Shown: positions 46,225 to 55,447, counted from the stretch's first letter. The stretch: 64,000 nucleotides of DNA from Candidatus Palauibacter australiensis (GCA_026705295.1 JAPPBA010000072.1:1816-65815); one strand, 5' to 3'. Translations and numbers: made by a program. Notes: generated by a model not told the origin, from the letters alone.

Positions 46225-47505
46225 CTAGTCCGTGACGAGTGCGCCGCGCCGGCACGCGAGCGCGAGTTCCTCCGTCTCCGACGCCTCGCAGGCGTCGCGC
46301 CGCGCGGCTTCATCCGCGTAGAGCGAGTACACCGCCTCTCCCATCGCTTCGTGACACCGCGGCTTGGCCGAGTCCTCAAGGCCGCGGCAGAACGAGAACC
46401 CGGCGTCCGTCGTCGCGGTGACGTCCACGAAGTTTCTCACGGCGCCCACGTAGCACCACTCGCGGTACTCCTCCGGCGACTTCCGGCACTCGCGGCGCGC
46501 ATCGTCCTCGTCCTGCAGCGTGCGGCCGCTGATGTCGCGGCCGAGGCTCACGAAGCAGTGGTTTCGCCAGGCGTCGGGTGCATCCACACAGGCGGCGGCG
46601 GCGTCCGCGATGTCCCCGTCGTTGTGCCAGAGCATGGCGGACGTCTGCATCTGGTAACAGGAGGTCAGGTACTTCTCGTCCAGAATCGAGCAGGGGTAAT
46701 GCGGGTCGTCGGCGCGCAGCGGTTCGAAGGGTTCCACGCCGTCCGCCATCGCCATCGCCCCGTGGACGTGCGCGCCCGCGCCGTGATCCGAGGCCTCGCC
46801 CGTCTCCCCCGGAACGCCCTCCGCGGCGGTCCCGTCGGACACCAGTTCGGCGGCCGGATGATGAGGCGCGATCGCGTTGACCACGTTCTCCATGAACGCC
46901 CCGCCGTAGCACGAGTTCCGGTTCCATCCGGTCGTCAGCAGGTCGCAGCCCTCGAGCGCCATGAGCAGGTGATGGCCGTAGTACATCGTGAGACCGTGCC
47001 CGAGGCCGTGCAGGCACTGGAAGAGCAGCCAGCGGTCGGCGGGGTCCGCTTCATAGGGCGCGCAAAGTCCGGCGACCATCTCCGCGTTCGGTTCGCCCAT
47101 CGCGATGAAATAGGCCTGGACGACGCCGTGGTAGCACCCGGACTGGAAGACCTCCGTGCACTCCTCGAAGGCATCGGTGAAGGTCTCTCCGGGCGCGTAG
47201 GCGTTGATACCGATCGCATGAGTGAGGACATGGGCTTGAGCTTGAGCTTCCCTGTCCGCAGCGGCCAGCGACTCGAGCATCTCCAGCGCCGCGCCCGCCC
47301 CGCCCGCGCCGAGTTCGTCGAGAAGCCGTGCTTCGTAGCACCCCTGCTTCTCCTCCCACCCCAACTCGCGGCACGCCTCGAACGCGGCCGCCGCCTCGGC
47401 CGAAGCGATGGGTGGCAGCGATGGCCCCCCGCAGGTCGCCGCCGCGATCCCGATCGCCATGACAAGCCCGACGCCCCGCGCGCGCCCGCGCCGGTGGACT
47501 CCCAT
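46225..47505 (-). CDS. Cys/His-rich hypothetical lipoprotein (function unknown)
   Basis: Probable start MGVHRRGRARGVGLVMAIGIAAATCGG (lipobox). About 24 Cys and multiple His clusters (CYHGVVQAY, HGLGHGLTMYYGHH). The maximal ORF extends to 47595. Confidence 0.6.
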   Translation of the reverse strand: MGVHRRGRARGVGLVMAIGIAAATCGGPSLPPIASAEAAAAFEACRELGWEEKQGCYEARLLDELGAGGAGAALEMLESLAAADREAQAQAHVLTHAIGINAYAPGETFTDAFEECTEVFQSGCYHGVVQAYFIAMGEPNAEMVAGLCAPYEADPADRWLLFQCLHGLGHGLTMYYGHHLLMALEGCDLLTTGWNRNSCYGGAFMENVVNAIAPHHPAAELVSDGTAAEGVPGETGEASDHGAGAHVHGAMAMADGVEPFEPLRADDPHYPCSILDEKYLTSCYQMQTSAMLWHNDGDIADAAAACVDAPDAWRNHCFVSLGRDISGRTLQDEDDARRECRKSPEEYREWCYVGAVRNFVDVTATTDAGFSFCRGLEDSAKPRCHEAMGEAVYSLYADEAARRDACEASETEELALACRRGALVTD

Positions 47506-47650
47506 GGACACGACGGTCCGCGGTCCTGACTCGCTCATTCCCTCTCCCTCGCTTCTGCTTCTCGCCGATGTACGGCGGGTAGAATTCCGTGGCACAACCT
47601 GCCGGAGCAGAGTCCTGCCAACAAGCGAAACGGAGAGCCTGATCGCCCTC

Positions 47651-49948
47651 TCACAGGAGCGCCTCGGGATCGCGGTCGATCTCGAGCCGGAGACCGGAGC
47701 CGGGCTGGCCCCGCTGCTCGCCGAGGAAGCGCAGCACGCCGCCGAGCGTCGCGGCGCGATCCGCCTTGATCAGGAAGTGCCACCGCCACCGCTCCCGGAG
47801 TCGGTCGATCGGGCAGGGGGCCGGTCCGATGACCTCGACCCCCGCGAGCCGGCGATCCCGAATCAGCCGCCGCGTCCACTCGGACAGTTCCTCCGCGACG
47901 TCGATCACCCGGGACTCGCTCTTCCCGGAGATGACGAGGTTCGCGAGCCGGCGGTGCGGCGGATAGCCGGGTTCCTCGCGGTCCCCGAGTTCGCGTTCCG
48001 CGAAGCCGACGTAGTCGTGTTCCGCCGCCGCGGCGAGCGCGTAGTGCCGCGGACGCGACGTCTGGACGAGCACCTCCCCCGGTTCCTCGCCCCGCCCCGC
48101 CCGCCCGGCGACCTGCTCCAGGAGTTGGAAGGTGCGTTCGCTGGCGCGGAAGTCCGGGAGATGGAGACCGACATCCGCGTTGATCACGCCCACGAGTGTG
48201 ACCTGCGGGAAATCGAGGCCCTTGGCGATCATCTGCGTGCCGAGCAGGATGTCGACGTCCCGCCTCCGGAACGCCTCCAGAATCTCGACGTGCGCCCACT
48301 TGGAGCCCGTGGTGTCGAGGTCCATGCGGGCGATGCCGGCTTCGGGAAAAAGCTCGCCCACGCGGCGTTCGACCTGTTCGGTGCCGATCCCGGCGTAGCG
48401 CGGCGCGGGGCCGCCGCACTCGCCGCACCCGGACGGCGGCGGGCTCGTGGCGCCGCAGTGATGACACACGAGTTGCCTGCGCCGGCGATGATACGTGAGG
48501 GTCACGGAGCAGGCGTCGCAACTCCACACGTGACCGCAGGCCGCGCACTCCGCGAAGGAGGCGTATCCGCGGCGGTTGAGAAAGAGGATCGTCTGCTCGC
48601 CCCGTTCGAGACGCGCGGCGATCGCCTCCCGCAACCGTTTGGAGAAGACCCGCGGTCCGCCGCCCGGAGCGGGGTCCTCCGCCTCCCGTTCCGGGCCCCC
48701 GCCGGCGTCGGCGCGCAGGTCGACGAGTTCCACGGAAGGGAGCCCGTGGCCCGTCACCCGTTCCTCGAGTTCGAGCAGGCGGTAGCGCCCGGTCCGCGCA
48801 TTCTCCCAGCTCTCGAGGGCCGGCGTCGCGGACCCGAGCACGCACAGAGCCCCTTCCAGCCGCGCGCGCACGATCGCAACCGAACGGGCATGGTAGCGCG
48901 GCACGTCGGACTGCTTGTAGCTGCTCTCGTGTTCCTCGTCGACGATGATCGCGCCCAGATTCCGGACCGGCGCGAACACCGCCGAGCGCGGGCCGATCGC
49001 GATCCGCCTCCTTCCCTCGCGCAGGCTGCGCCAGGCGTCGAAGCGCTCCCCGTCCGAGAGCCCGGAATGCAGCACGGTGACCTCATCACCGAAGCGGGCC
49101 CGGAACCGCTGCACGGTCTGGGGCGTGAGCGCGATCTCCGGCACGAGGACGATGCCGGAGCGGCCCAGCGCGAGTTGGCGCTCCAGGACCTCGAGGTAGA
49201 CCGCGGTCTTGCCCGAGCCCGTCACGCCGCGCAGGAGCGTGACGCGCCCCGGCGCGTCGAGACGCTCAAGGTCGCTCACCACCCGAGCCTGGTCCGGAGT
49301 CAGTTTGAACCGGGCCTCCGCCTCCACCGGGCCGGCGAACGGGTCCCGCTCCACCTCGCGCTCCACGAACTCCGCGAGCCGCCGCTCCACGAGCCCGTTG
49401 AGCACACCGCGGCTGAAGCCGAGTTGCTTCACCAGGTGACCGACGCCGGCCTGCCCACCGACCGACTCAAGCGTCTCGTACAGCTCGCGCTGTCGCTTCG
49501 CCCGCCCGAAGGCGCGGTCGCGTTCGCTCAGCGTTCGTAGTTCGCGCACCAGCCGGAGCACGCGCTCGGTGCGCGGCCGCGCGGGGCTCCCGCCGCCAGC
49601 CCGGGAGCCGAGCGCACCGGGGGGGAGGGCCGCCCTCAGCACGACGCCGAGCGGCGCCACGTAGTAGTCCGAGATCCAACGGCAGAGATCGAGGAGGGGC
49701 GCATCGATCACCGGCGCTTCGTCGAGGATGCCCCGCAGCTCCCGCAACCGGGGTTTGCGCCCCCGATCCGTCCGCAGTCCGAGACGGTCCACGACCCCGA
49801 CCGCCGTGCCGCCGCCGAGCGGCACGCGCACCCGCACGCCCGGCTCCACGGCGCCGACGAGCGAGGCGGGGATCGAGTACGCGAGCGTACCGAGGAACGT
49901 TCGCGCGACCGCTACCTCGCACACGCCGGCGGAGCTTATCTCCCGCAC
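47651..49948 (-). CDS. priA: Primosomal protein N' (replication restart helicase PriA); start approximate
   Basis: Walker A LLRGVTGSGKTAVY, DEEH box, and the Cys4 zinc-binding region CAACGHVWSCDACSVTLTYHRRRRQLVCHHCG. The maximal ORF runs to 50017, but that would leave no room for the divergent HNH gene promoter; GTG candidates lie at 49924/49948. Confidence 0.88.
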   Translation of the reverse strand: MREISSAGVCEVAVARTFLGTLAYSIPASLVGAVEPGVRVRVPLGGGTAVGVVDRLGLRTDRGRKPRLRELRGILDEAPVIDAPLLDLCRWISDYYVAPLGVVLRAALPPGALGSRAGGGSPARPRTERVLRLVRELRTLSERDRAFGRAKRQRELYETLESVGGQAGVGHLVKQLGFSRGVLNGLVERRLAEFVEREVERDPFAGPVEAEARFKLTPDQARVVSDLERLDAPGRVTLLRGVTGSGKTAVYLEVLERQLALGRSGIVLVPEIALTPQTVQRFRARFGDEVTVLHSGLSDGERFDAWRSLREGRRRIAIGPRSAVFAPVRNLGAIIVDEEHESSYKQSDVPRYHARSVAIVRARLEGALCVLGSATPALESWENARTGRYRLLELEERVTGHGLPSVELVDLRADAGGGPEREAEDPAPGGGPRVFSKRLREAIAARLERGEQTILFLNRRGYASFAECAACGHVWSCDACSVTLTYHRRRRQLVCHHCGATSPPPSGCGECGGPAPRYAGIGTEQVERRVGELFPEAGIARMDLDTTGSKWAHVEILEAFRRRDVDILLGTQMIAKGLDFPQVTLVGVINADVGLHLPDFRASERTFQLLEQVAGRAGRGEEPGEVLVQTSRPRHYALAAAAEHDYVGFAERELGDREEPGYPPHRRLANLVISGKSESRVIDVAEELSEWTRRLIRDRRLAGVEVIGPAPCPIDRLRERWRWHFLIKADRAATLGGVLRFLGEQRGQPGSGLRLEIDRDPEALL

Positions 49949-50029
49949 CGCCTTCCCGGGGGGGCCTTCGCTTGACACGTCGCAGCCGGATTGCTTGTTT
50001 TCCGCCACCGAATCCAAGGGGGGTCGCTC

Positions 50030-50593
50030 ATGGGCTGTCTGGCCCTGAACGCTTCATACGAGCCGTTGACGATCATTCCGGTCCGGCGCGCCGTTCGCCT
50101 GCTCATCGACCGGAAGGCCGACGCCCTGGAGGTGGATTCCGCACGTCCCATCCGCTCCGAGCGTGTGCGGATGGATACCCCCGTCGTCATCCGTCTTGTT
50201 CGGTTCATCCAGATCCCCCGCCGTTTCCGCCGCCAGGTCACGAACACCTTCCTGTTCGCGCGCGACGCCTATCGCTGTCAGTACTGCGGCCGTCACAGGC
50301 GGGAACTGGGGTATCGCGAATCGCTGACTCGCGATCACGTGACTCCGATCTCGCGTGGCGGAGACAACGGATGGTCGAACGTGGTCACGGCCTGCAGCAA
50401 GTGCAACCTGAAGAAGGCGGACCGTCTGCTGGAAGAATGCGGGTTCTCGCTCCCGGCGGAACCCCGCGAACCCAACCACGTCGAGTTGATCTGGGCCGTC
50501 CGCACGGTCACGCCAGTGCAGGCCAGGTACATCGGCATGTTCTACGGCGAGGACGTGCTGCGGGCGCTGGCCCCCGGACCTGCGGCCGGTTAG
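50030..50593 (+). CDS. HNH endonuclease (stand-alone, 187 aa)
   Basis: CQYCG...DHVTPISRGGDNGWSNVVTACSKCNLKK, a classic HNH motif with zinc-ligand cysteines. Confidence 0.8.
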   Translation: MGCLALNASYEPLTIIPVRRAVRLLIDRKADALEVDSARPIRSERVRMDTPVVIRLVRFIQIPRRFRRQVTNTFLFARDAYRCQYCGRHRRELGYRESLTRDHVTPISRGGDNGWSNVVTACSKCNLKKADRLLEECGFSLPAEPREPNHVELIWAVRTVTPVQARYIGMFYGEDVLRALAPGPAAG

Positions 50594-50597
50594 CCGA

Positions 50598-51170
50598 ATG
50601 GATCTGGGTTTCGGGATCCAGGAGTTCATCCTCATCGCGATACTCGTGCTCATCGTATTCGGGCCCCGCCGCCTCCCCGAGATCACCCGCACCATCGGCA
50701 AGGGGATCCGCGAGTTCCGGAAGGGGATGAACGAGATCCAGCGCGAACTCGAGGCCGCTGGCCGCGAGACGCAGTGGAAGTCGCCGCCCGCGCCTCCGAA
50801 ACCCCCGACGGCGAACCGCGAGACGATCGCTGGAACCGCCACCGCCGCCGGGACCGCCGCGGCCGCCGGGGCGTCCACCGCCGCCGCGGACGAGACGGGG
50901 GACGAGACGGGGGACGAGACGGGGGACGAGGCGGACGCGGCCAACGCGGCTGCGGGACCGGTCGTGGAGGAGCAGGCGCCGCCCACGCCGCGCGATGAGG
51001 AGGATCCGGCTCAGGAGTTCATCGATCCCTGGTCCACGGATTCCTCGCGTCCGACGTTCGGCCCTAAACCGGCCTCGGAGCCCGTGATCGCGCCGCCGCC
51101 GACCGAGCCCGCGCTGCAGGAACCGACTGAACCCCCTGAAGAGGAGGATCCGGCGACGGACGCTCGATGA
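50598..51170 (+). CDS. tatA: Twin-arginine translocase TatA/TatB-family protein with long low-complexity acidic tail
   Basis: N-terminus MDLGFGIQEFILIAILVLIVFGPRRLPEITRTIGKGIREFRKG matches the TatA/E transmembrane helix plus amphipathic helix. The tail contains (GDET)n and Pro/Glu-rich repeats. Confidence 0.85.
   Translation: MDLGFGIQEFILIAILVLIVFGPRRLPEITRTIGKGIREFRKGMNEIQRELEAAGRETQWKSPPAPPKPPTANRETIAGTATAAGTAAAAGASTAAADETGDETGDETGDEADAANAAAGPVVEEQAPPTPRDEEDPAQEFIDPWSTDSSRPTFGPKPASEPVIAPPPTEPALQEPTEPPEEEDPATDAR
50889..50936 (+). repeat. Coding tandem repeat (12-nt unit GGGGACGAGACG x about 3.5, encoding GDETGDETGDE) within the tatA tail
   Basis: Direct reading of 50881-50940. Confidence 0.8.
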
Positions 51171-52656
51171 GAGCGCGGTAACGGTCGTTATCCCCTTCCA
51201 GCGCCCGCAGCAGCTCGACCGCCGAGGGCGGGCCGGTTCCGGACGGATCCGGGAAACCCGGGCCCGCGATCCACGCACGTGGCGGCTCCCCACCGGTACC
51301 GCGGAACTCGATTTCCAGCCAACGTCCGCGCTCGCACGGGTCGCACAGGAGGCCGTCCTCCATCGCGGATCCGTCGACGGTCCACGATCCGTCCGCACCT
51401 CGGAGCGTGAAACCCGCCAGGGCCTCCGGAACCCGCAACCGGCCGCGCCACACGCCGTCCAGCCCGGCCTCGAGCGCCAGATCCAGCGCGCCGTGGAGCG
51501 CTCGCAGCACAGGCGCCGCCGGCATGCGGCCCTCCCCCTCGCCATCTCCGCCGTCCCAGCGGAACTCGCCCTTCATTCCGTCCTCGCGCAGCGCGGCCTC
51601 ACGGAGCTTCCGGAAGGGGAGGACGCCCTCGAAGGAGACGGCCACGCCCGGCTTGAGGTCGTTGGACGCGGCGACGAACGACTCGTCCGCGAGGCGCAGC
51701 TCCGCGGAGCCCTGTCTCGGCGCCGGGGTACGTGCTTCCGGCCGACCCAGCCCCAGAAGTTGCGCGACCATCCGCGCCCGCATGCCTTCCGGGTCGGTTG
51801 GACCGGTCTCATCCTCGTCCTCACCCGCGGCGCCCGATTCGCCCGGAGCGCCGCCGCTGCGGCGGGGGAGATCGAAGGGGTTTCGGAAGCGGACCACCTG
51901 GCGCTGGATCCCCGGGGCATCGGTGCCGGCCATACCGGCCTCGAACTCGCGACCCCAACTCGCGAGTTCGTAGCGGATGGCGGCCTGGAGATCGTCGTCG
52001 TCCGGGCGCCAGGCGAGCCCCGTGATGCGGGGGGTAGAGACCGTCACGACACCCGCCGGCCAGGTCGGCTGTACACCGGGAGGTCGGGAGGCCTGCACGG
52101 TCAACGGGTCGCCGGAGCGGTCGTCGCGCCGTGCCCACACGTTCGGACCCGTGTCCGGGGAGAGCTGCGCGGAGAGCGTGCGCGCACATCCGGGTTCGCC
52201 GTCGAGCACGACGAGGAGCGTGTTCCAACCCGCCGCCAGCCGTACTTCGTGCGCGGTTCCGGGGTCCGCGATGTACTGCGCGTTCACCCACGCCTCGAGC
52301 CGCGTGCAGGGCTCGAAGCCCAGTTCGAGCCGCACGCTCGCGTCCGCGGGTGACTTCAGGTACACGTGGGCGAGCGTCGCCTGCCCGGCGTCCGAGAACT
52401 CCGAGAAATCCAGCACCGCCTGCCCGTCGCGGCGAAAGAGCGACCACGTGCCGGCGGCGGTCTCGAGGTTCCGGTCCGGGAACCGGTCCCGCCCCGCCAG
52501 GGGAAGCGGATGGTCGCCCCCCGCGTGCTCCGCGGTCGTGACCAGCCAGCGGTCGACCGGGATCTCCTGGGCCCATGCGGCGTCGGGGGCGAGCGCGCAC
52601 ACTCCCGCCGCGCAGAGCAGGAGCGAAAGCAGAGTTCGTCGAACCGGGCAATGCAT
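51064..52656 (-). CDS. Hypothetical secreted protein (signal peptide); function unknown
   Basis: Start likely MHCPVRRTLLSLLLCAAGVCALAPDAAWAQ (52656); the maximal ORF starts at 52671. The 3' end overlaps the tatA tail antisense by about 100 nt. Confidence 0.55.
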   Translation of the reverse strand: MHCPVRRTLLSLLLCAAGVCALAPDAAWAQEIPVDRWLVTTAEHAGGDHPLPLAGRDRFPDRNLETAAGTWSLFRRDGQAVLDFSEFSDAGQATLAHVYLKSPADASVRLELGFEPCTRLEAWVNAQYIADPGTAHEVRLAAGWNTLLVVLDGEPGCARTLSAQLSPDTGPNVWARRDDRSGDPLTVQASRPPGVQPTWPAGVVTVSTPRITGLAWRPDDDDLQAAIRYELASWGREFEAGMAGTDAPGIQRQVVRFRNPFDLPRRSGGAPGESGAAGEDEDETGPTDPEGMRARMVAQLLGLGRPEARTPAPRQGSAELRLADESFVAASNDLKPGVAVSFEGVLPFRKLREAALREDGMKGEFRWDGGDGEGEGRMPAAPVLRALHGALDLALEAGLDGVWRGRLRVPEALAGFTLRGADGSWTVDGSAMEDGLLCDPCERGRWLEIEFRGTGGEPPRAWIAGPGFPDPSGTGPPSAVELLRALEGDNDRYRALIERPSPDPPLQGVQSVPAARARSAAARSRAPRPV

Positions 52657-52680
52657 CGTGCGTTCCCTCATATGGCCATA

Positions 52681-52723
52681 TGGCCGTCATCCGTGTGACC
52701 GGCATCCGTGTGGCCGTCATCTG
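52681..52723. repeat. Short direct repeats in the divergent intergenic region (TGGCCGTCAT x2 30 bp apart; CATCCGTGTG x2 16 bp apart) next to a CCATATGG palindrome
   Basis: tggccgtcatccgtgtgaccggcatccgtgtggccgtcatctg read directly; candidate operator. Confidence 0.5.
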
Positions 52724-52840
52724 CGGGTGGACTCTCTCCAGACGGATAAACATGGGGCTTTCGTCACACGATGCGCACCCGAACCGTCCCCGCCCCGGTT
52801 TCGGTTGCCGCCCGTGAGCGCCGCGGACAACTTGATCATC

Positions 52841-53365
52841 ATGCACAAGGTGGTGGAACTGCGGGTGAACGGAGACCGGCGGCGGGTCGGAGTGCCGTCC
52901 CACTACACCCTCCTCGAGACCCTCCGCTACGGCCTCGGCCTCACCGGATCGAAGCAGGGGTGCGACAAGGGGGACTGCGGGGCGTGCACGGTGCTCCGCG
53001 ACGGCGAGGCCGTGCTCTCCTGCATCATGCCGGTGCACGAGGCCGCGGGTCACGAGATCACGACCGTCGAAGGGCTCGCGGACGCGTCCGGCCCCCACCC
53101 GCTCCAGGACGCCTTCGATCTCACGGGAGGGGCGCAATGCGGCTTCTGCACACCTGGCATTCTCTGCTCGGCCCACGGACTGCTGACCCGCGATCCGGAC
53201 CCCGCGCGCGAGGAGATCGCGCGGGCGCTTTCCGGCAATCTCTGCCGCTGCACCGGCTATACGAAGATCTTCGAGGCCGTGGACATCGCGGCCGAGGCGA
53301 TCCGCACGGGCGAGACGCCCGAGGCGATCGTCACCCGGCGGCGCGATCCGGCGGGGACCGCATGA
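52841..53365 (+). CDS. [2Fe-2S]-binding protein, CoxS/XdhC-small-subunit-like, with no adjacent large or medium subunit
   Basis: MHKVVELRVNG...CDKGDCGACTVLRDG...CGFCTPG...CRCTGY motifs of the molybdenum-hydroxylase small subunit. No signal peptide. Confidence 0.8.
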   Translation: MHKVVELRVNGDRRRVGVPSHYTLLETLRYGLGLTGSKQGCDKGDCGACTVLRDGEAVLSCIMPVHEAAGHEITTVEGLADASGPHPLQDAFDLTGGAQCGFCTPGILCSAHGLLTRDPDPAREEIARALSGNLCRCTGYTKIFEAVDIAAEAIRTGETPEAIVTRRRDPAGTA

Positions 53366-53931
53366 CTTGGCCCTCGTTGCGATCCGGGCACGCGCCGCGC
53401 GCCGTCGTCGGCGCGCTCGCGGGATTTTTCGTCCTCCTCCCCCTGGCCGCCGGAGCCGCCGCCCAGACTCCGGAAGAGCGCCTCGCGGAACTCGGGATCG
53501 AACTCCCGACGCCGGATGCGCCGACCGCCAACTTCGTGAAGGCCGTGACGACCGGGAATCTCGTCTTCCTGGCCGGCCACGGCCCGTGCGGCGGCCTCGA
53601 CGAGAGCAACACCGGCAAGGTCGGCCTCGACCACACCGTCGAGGAGGGCTACGAGATCGCGCGGTGGGTCGGCGTCTGCCTGCTGGCGTCGCTCGCCAGG
53701 GAAATCGGCGACCTCTCCCGGGTGAAGCGCATCGTGCGCGTCTTCGGGATGGTGAACACGCCGCCCGACTTCACGCACCACTCGCAGGTCATCAACGGCT
53801 GCTCCGACCTGATGGAGCAGGTGTTCGGCCCCTCGATCTCGAAGCACGCCCGCGCGGCCGTGGGCATGGCCTCGCTCCCGCGCGACCAGTCGGTCGAGAT
53901 CGAGATGCTGGTCGAACTCGATGACCCCTGA
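53362..53931 (+). CDS. RidA/YjgF-family protein with N-terminal signal peptide
   Basis: Signal-like MTWPSLRSGHAPRAVVGALAGFFVLLPLAAGAAAQ followed by a RidA-like core (NLVFLAGHGP...; AAVGMASLPRDQSVEIEMLVEL). ATG overlaps the upstream stop (ATGA). Confidence 0.7.
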   Translation: MTWPSLRSGHAPRAVVGALAGFFVLLPLAAGAAAQTPEERLAELGIELPTPDAPTANFVKAVTTGNLVFLAGHGPCGGLDESNTGKVGLDHTVEEGYEIARWVGVCLLASLAREIGDLSRVKRIVRVFGMVNTPPDFTHHSQVINGCSDLMEQVFGPSISKHARAAVGMASLPRDQSVEIEMLVELDDP

Positions 53932-55447
53932 TCGCACGGCCGCCCGCATGCGTCCGGTAGCAGGCTCCGCGCTCCTCCCGCTTGTCGCCGCCGCCCTGCT
54001 CGCCGGGTGCGGAGGCGCCGGAGACCCGGCCTCGTCCTCCGACCTCGCGCGCGCGATCGACGCCGTGTTCGCCGACCTGGACCGCCCGGGCTCGCCGGGC
54101 GCCGCCGTGTCGGTCATCCGCGACGGCGAGATCATCCACTCGCGCGGCTACGGCTACGCCCAGATCGAGCATGGCGTCCCCGTCACCCCCAATACGGTCT
54201 TCCACGTCGCCTCCGTGTCGAAGCAGTTCACGGCCATGGCGGTGACCATGCTGGCGGCCGATGGGGCGCTCTCGCTCGACGACCGCGTGCAGGCGCACCT
54301 CGGGTTCGTCCCCGAGTTCGAGCACCCGGTCACGGTCCGCCAGATGATCCACCACACGAGCGGGATCCGGGACCAGTGGCAGCTTCTCGGGATCTCCGGC
54401 TGGCGCCTCGACGACGTGATCACGACCGAGCAGATCCTCGGCCTCATGTCGCGCCAGCGGGAACTCAACTTCGTGCCGGGCTCGGAGTACCTCTACTCCA
54501 ACATGGGCTACACGCTCCTCGCACAGACGGCGGCGGCGGTCAGCGGCATGTCCTTCCCCGAATTCACCGCAGCGAGGATCTTCCGGCCGCTCGGAATGGA
54601 CCGAACCCACTTCCACGACGACCACGAACACATCGTCCCCGCCCGCGCCTATTCCTACCGGCCGATACCCACGGACGAAGACAGTGGGGAAGAGGGAGGC
54701 GGCGGGGGGATGGGCGCGGAGTACACCAAGGCGGTCCTGAGCTACGCGAACGCGGGGGCGACGAGCCTCTTTACGACCGCGGACGACCTCGCCCGCTGGC
54801 TCGACAACTTCCGGCAGGAGACGGTCGGCGGCCCGGAGGTGATGGAGATGATGACGGCGCGCGGGGTCTTGAACGGCGGAGACACGATCCCTTACGCGCA
54901 CGGCCTCAGCATCGGCGACCACCGGGGCCTGCGCACGGTGGGGCACGGGGGCGCCGACGCGGGGTTCCGGACGCAGGCGACCTGGTATCCCGAGGCCGGT
55001 GTCGGGGTCGTCGTTCTCACGAACGTCGCCAACGGCAACCCGGGAGGCCGGGCGCGGCAGGTGGCGGAGGTCGTCCTCGCCGAGGTCTTCCCCGAGGCGG
55101 CTCTGGAGGAGGAAGAGGATCCGCCTTCTCCGGCCGCCGATTCCGTCCCGCCCCCGACTCCCGATCCCGCGACGCTGGCCGGGTACGCGGGCAGCTACTA
55201 CAGCCCGGAACTCGACGCGCTGTACCACCTCGAGACGACGGAGGAGGGGCTCGTCGCACAGCACATACGTCACGGCGACATCGCCCTCGAGCCGCGCGCC
55301 CGCGACGAATTCGCCACGGATCGCTGGTTCATGCGCGAGGTGCGCTTCGAGCGCGCGCCGGACGGCTCCGTCTCGGCGATGCGCGTTGGCGGCGGCCGGG
55401 TCCGAAACCTGCTCTTCATCAAGCTCACCCGCCCGCTTCCACGGTAG
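53921..55447 (+). CDS. Class C beta-lactamase-family serine hydrolase lipoprotein
   Basis: Lipobox LLAGCGG; SxxK motif FHVASVSKQFTAMAV; YSN motif; 508 aa. Confidence 0.8.
   Translation: MTPDRTAARMRPVAGSALLPLVAAALLAGCGGAGDPASSSDLARAIDAVFADLDRPGSPGAAVSVIRDGEIIHSRGYGYAQIEHGVPVTPNTVFHVASVSKQFTAMAVTMLAADGALSLDDRVQAHLGFVPEFEHPVTVRQMIHHTSGIRDQWQLLGISGWRLDDVITTEQILGLMSRQRELNFVPGSEYLYSNMGYTLLAQTAAAVSGMSFPEFTAARIFRPLGMDRTHFHDDHEHIVPARAYSYRPIPTDEDSGEEGGGGGMGAEYTKAVLSYANAGATSLFTTADDLARWLDNFRQETVGGPEVMEMMTARGVLNGGDTIPYAHGLSIGDHRGLRTVGHGGADAGFRTQATWYPEAGVGVVVLTNVANGNPGGRARQVAEVVLAEVFPEAALEEEEDPPSPAADSVPPPTPDPATLAGYAGSYYSPELDALYHLETTEEGLVAQHIRHGDIALEPRARDEFATDRWFMREVRFERAPDGSVSAMRVGGGRVRNLLFIKLTRPLPR

Noticed and set aside
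47408-49540. 710-aa plus-strand ORF
   Set aside because: Antisense to priA, which has Walker A, DEEH and Cys4 zinc-finger motifs.
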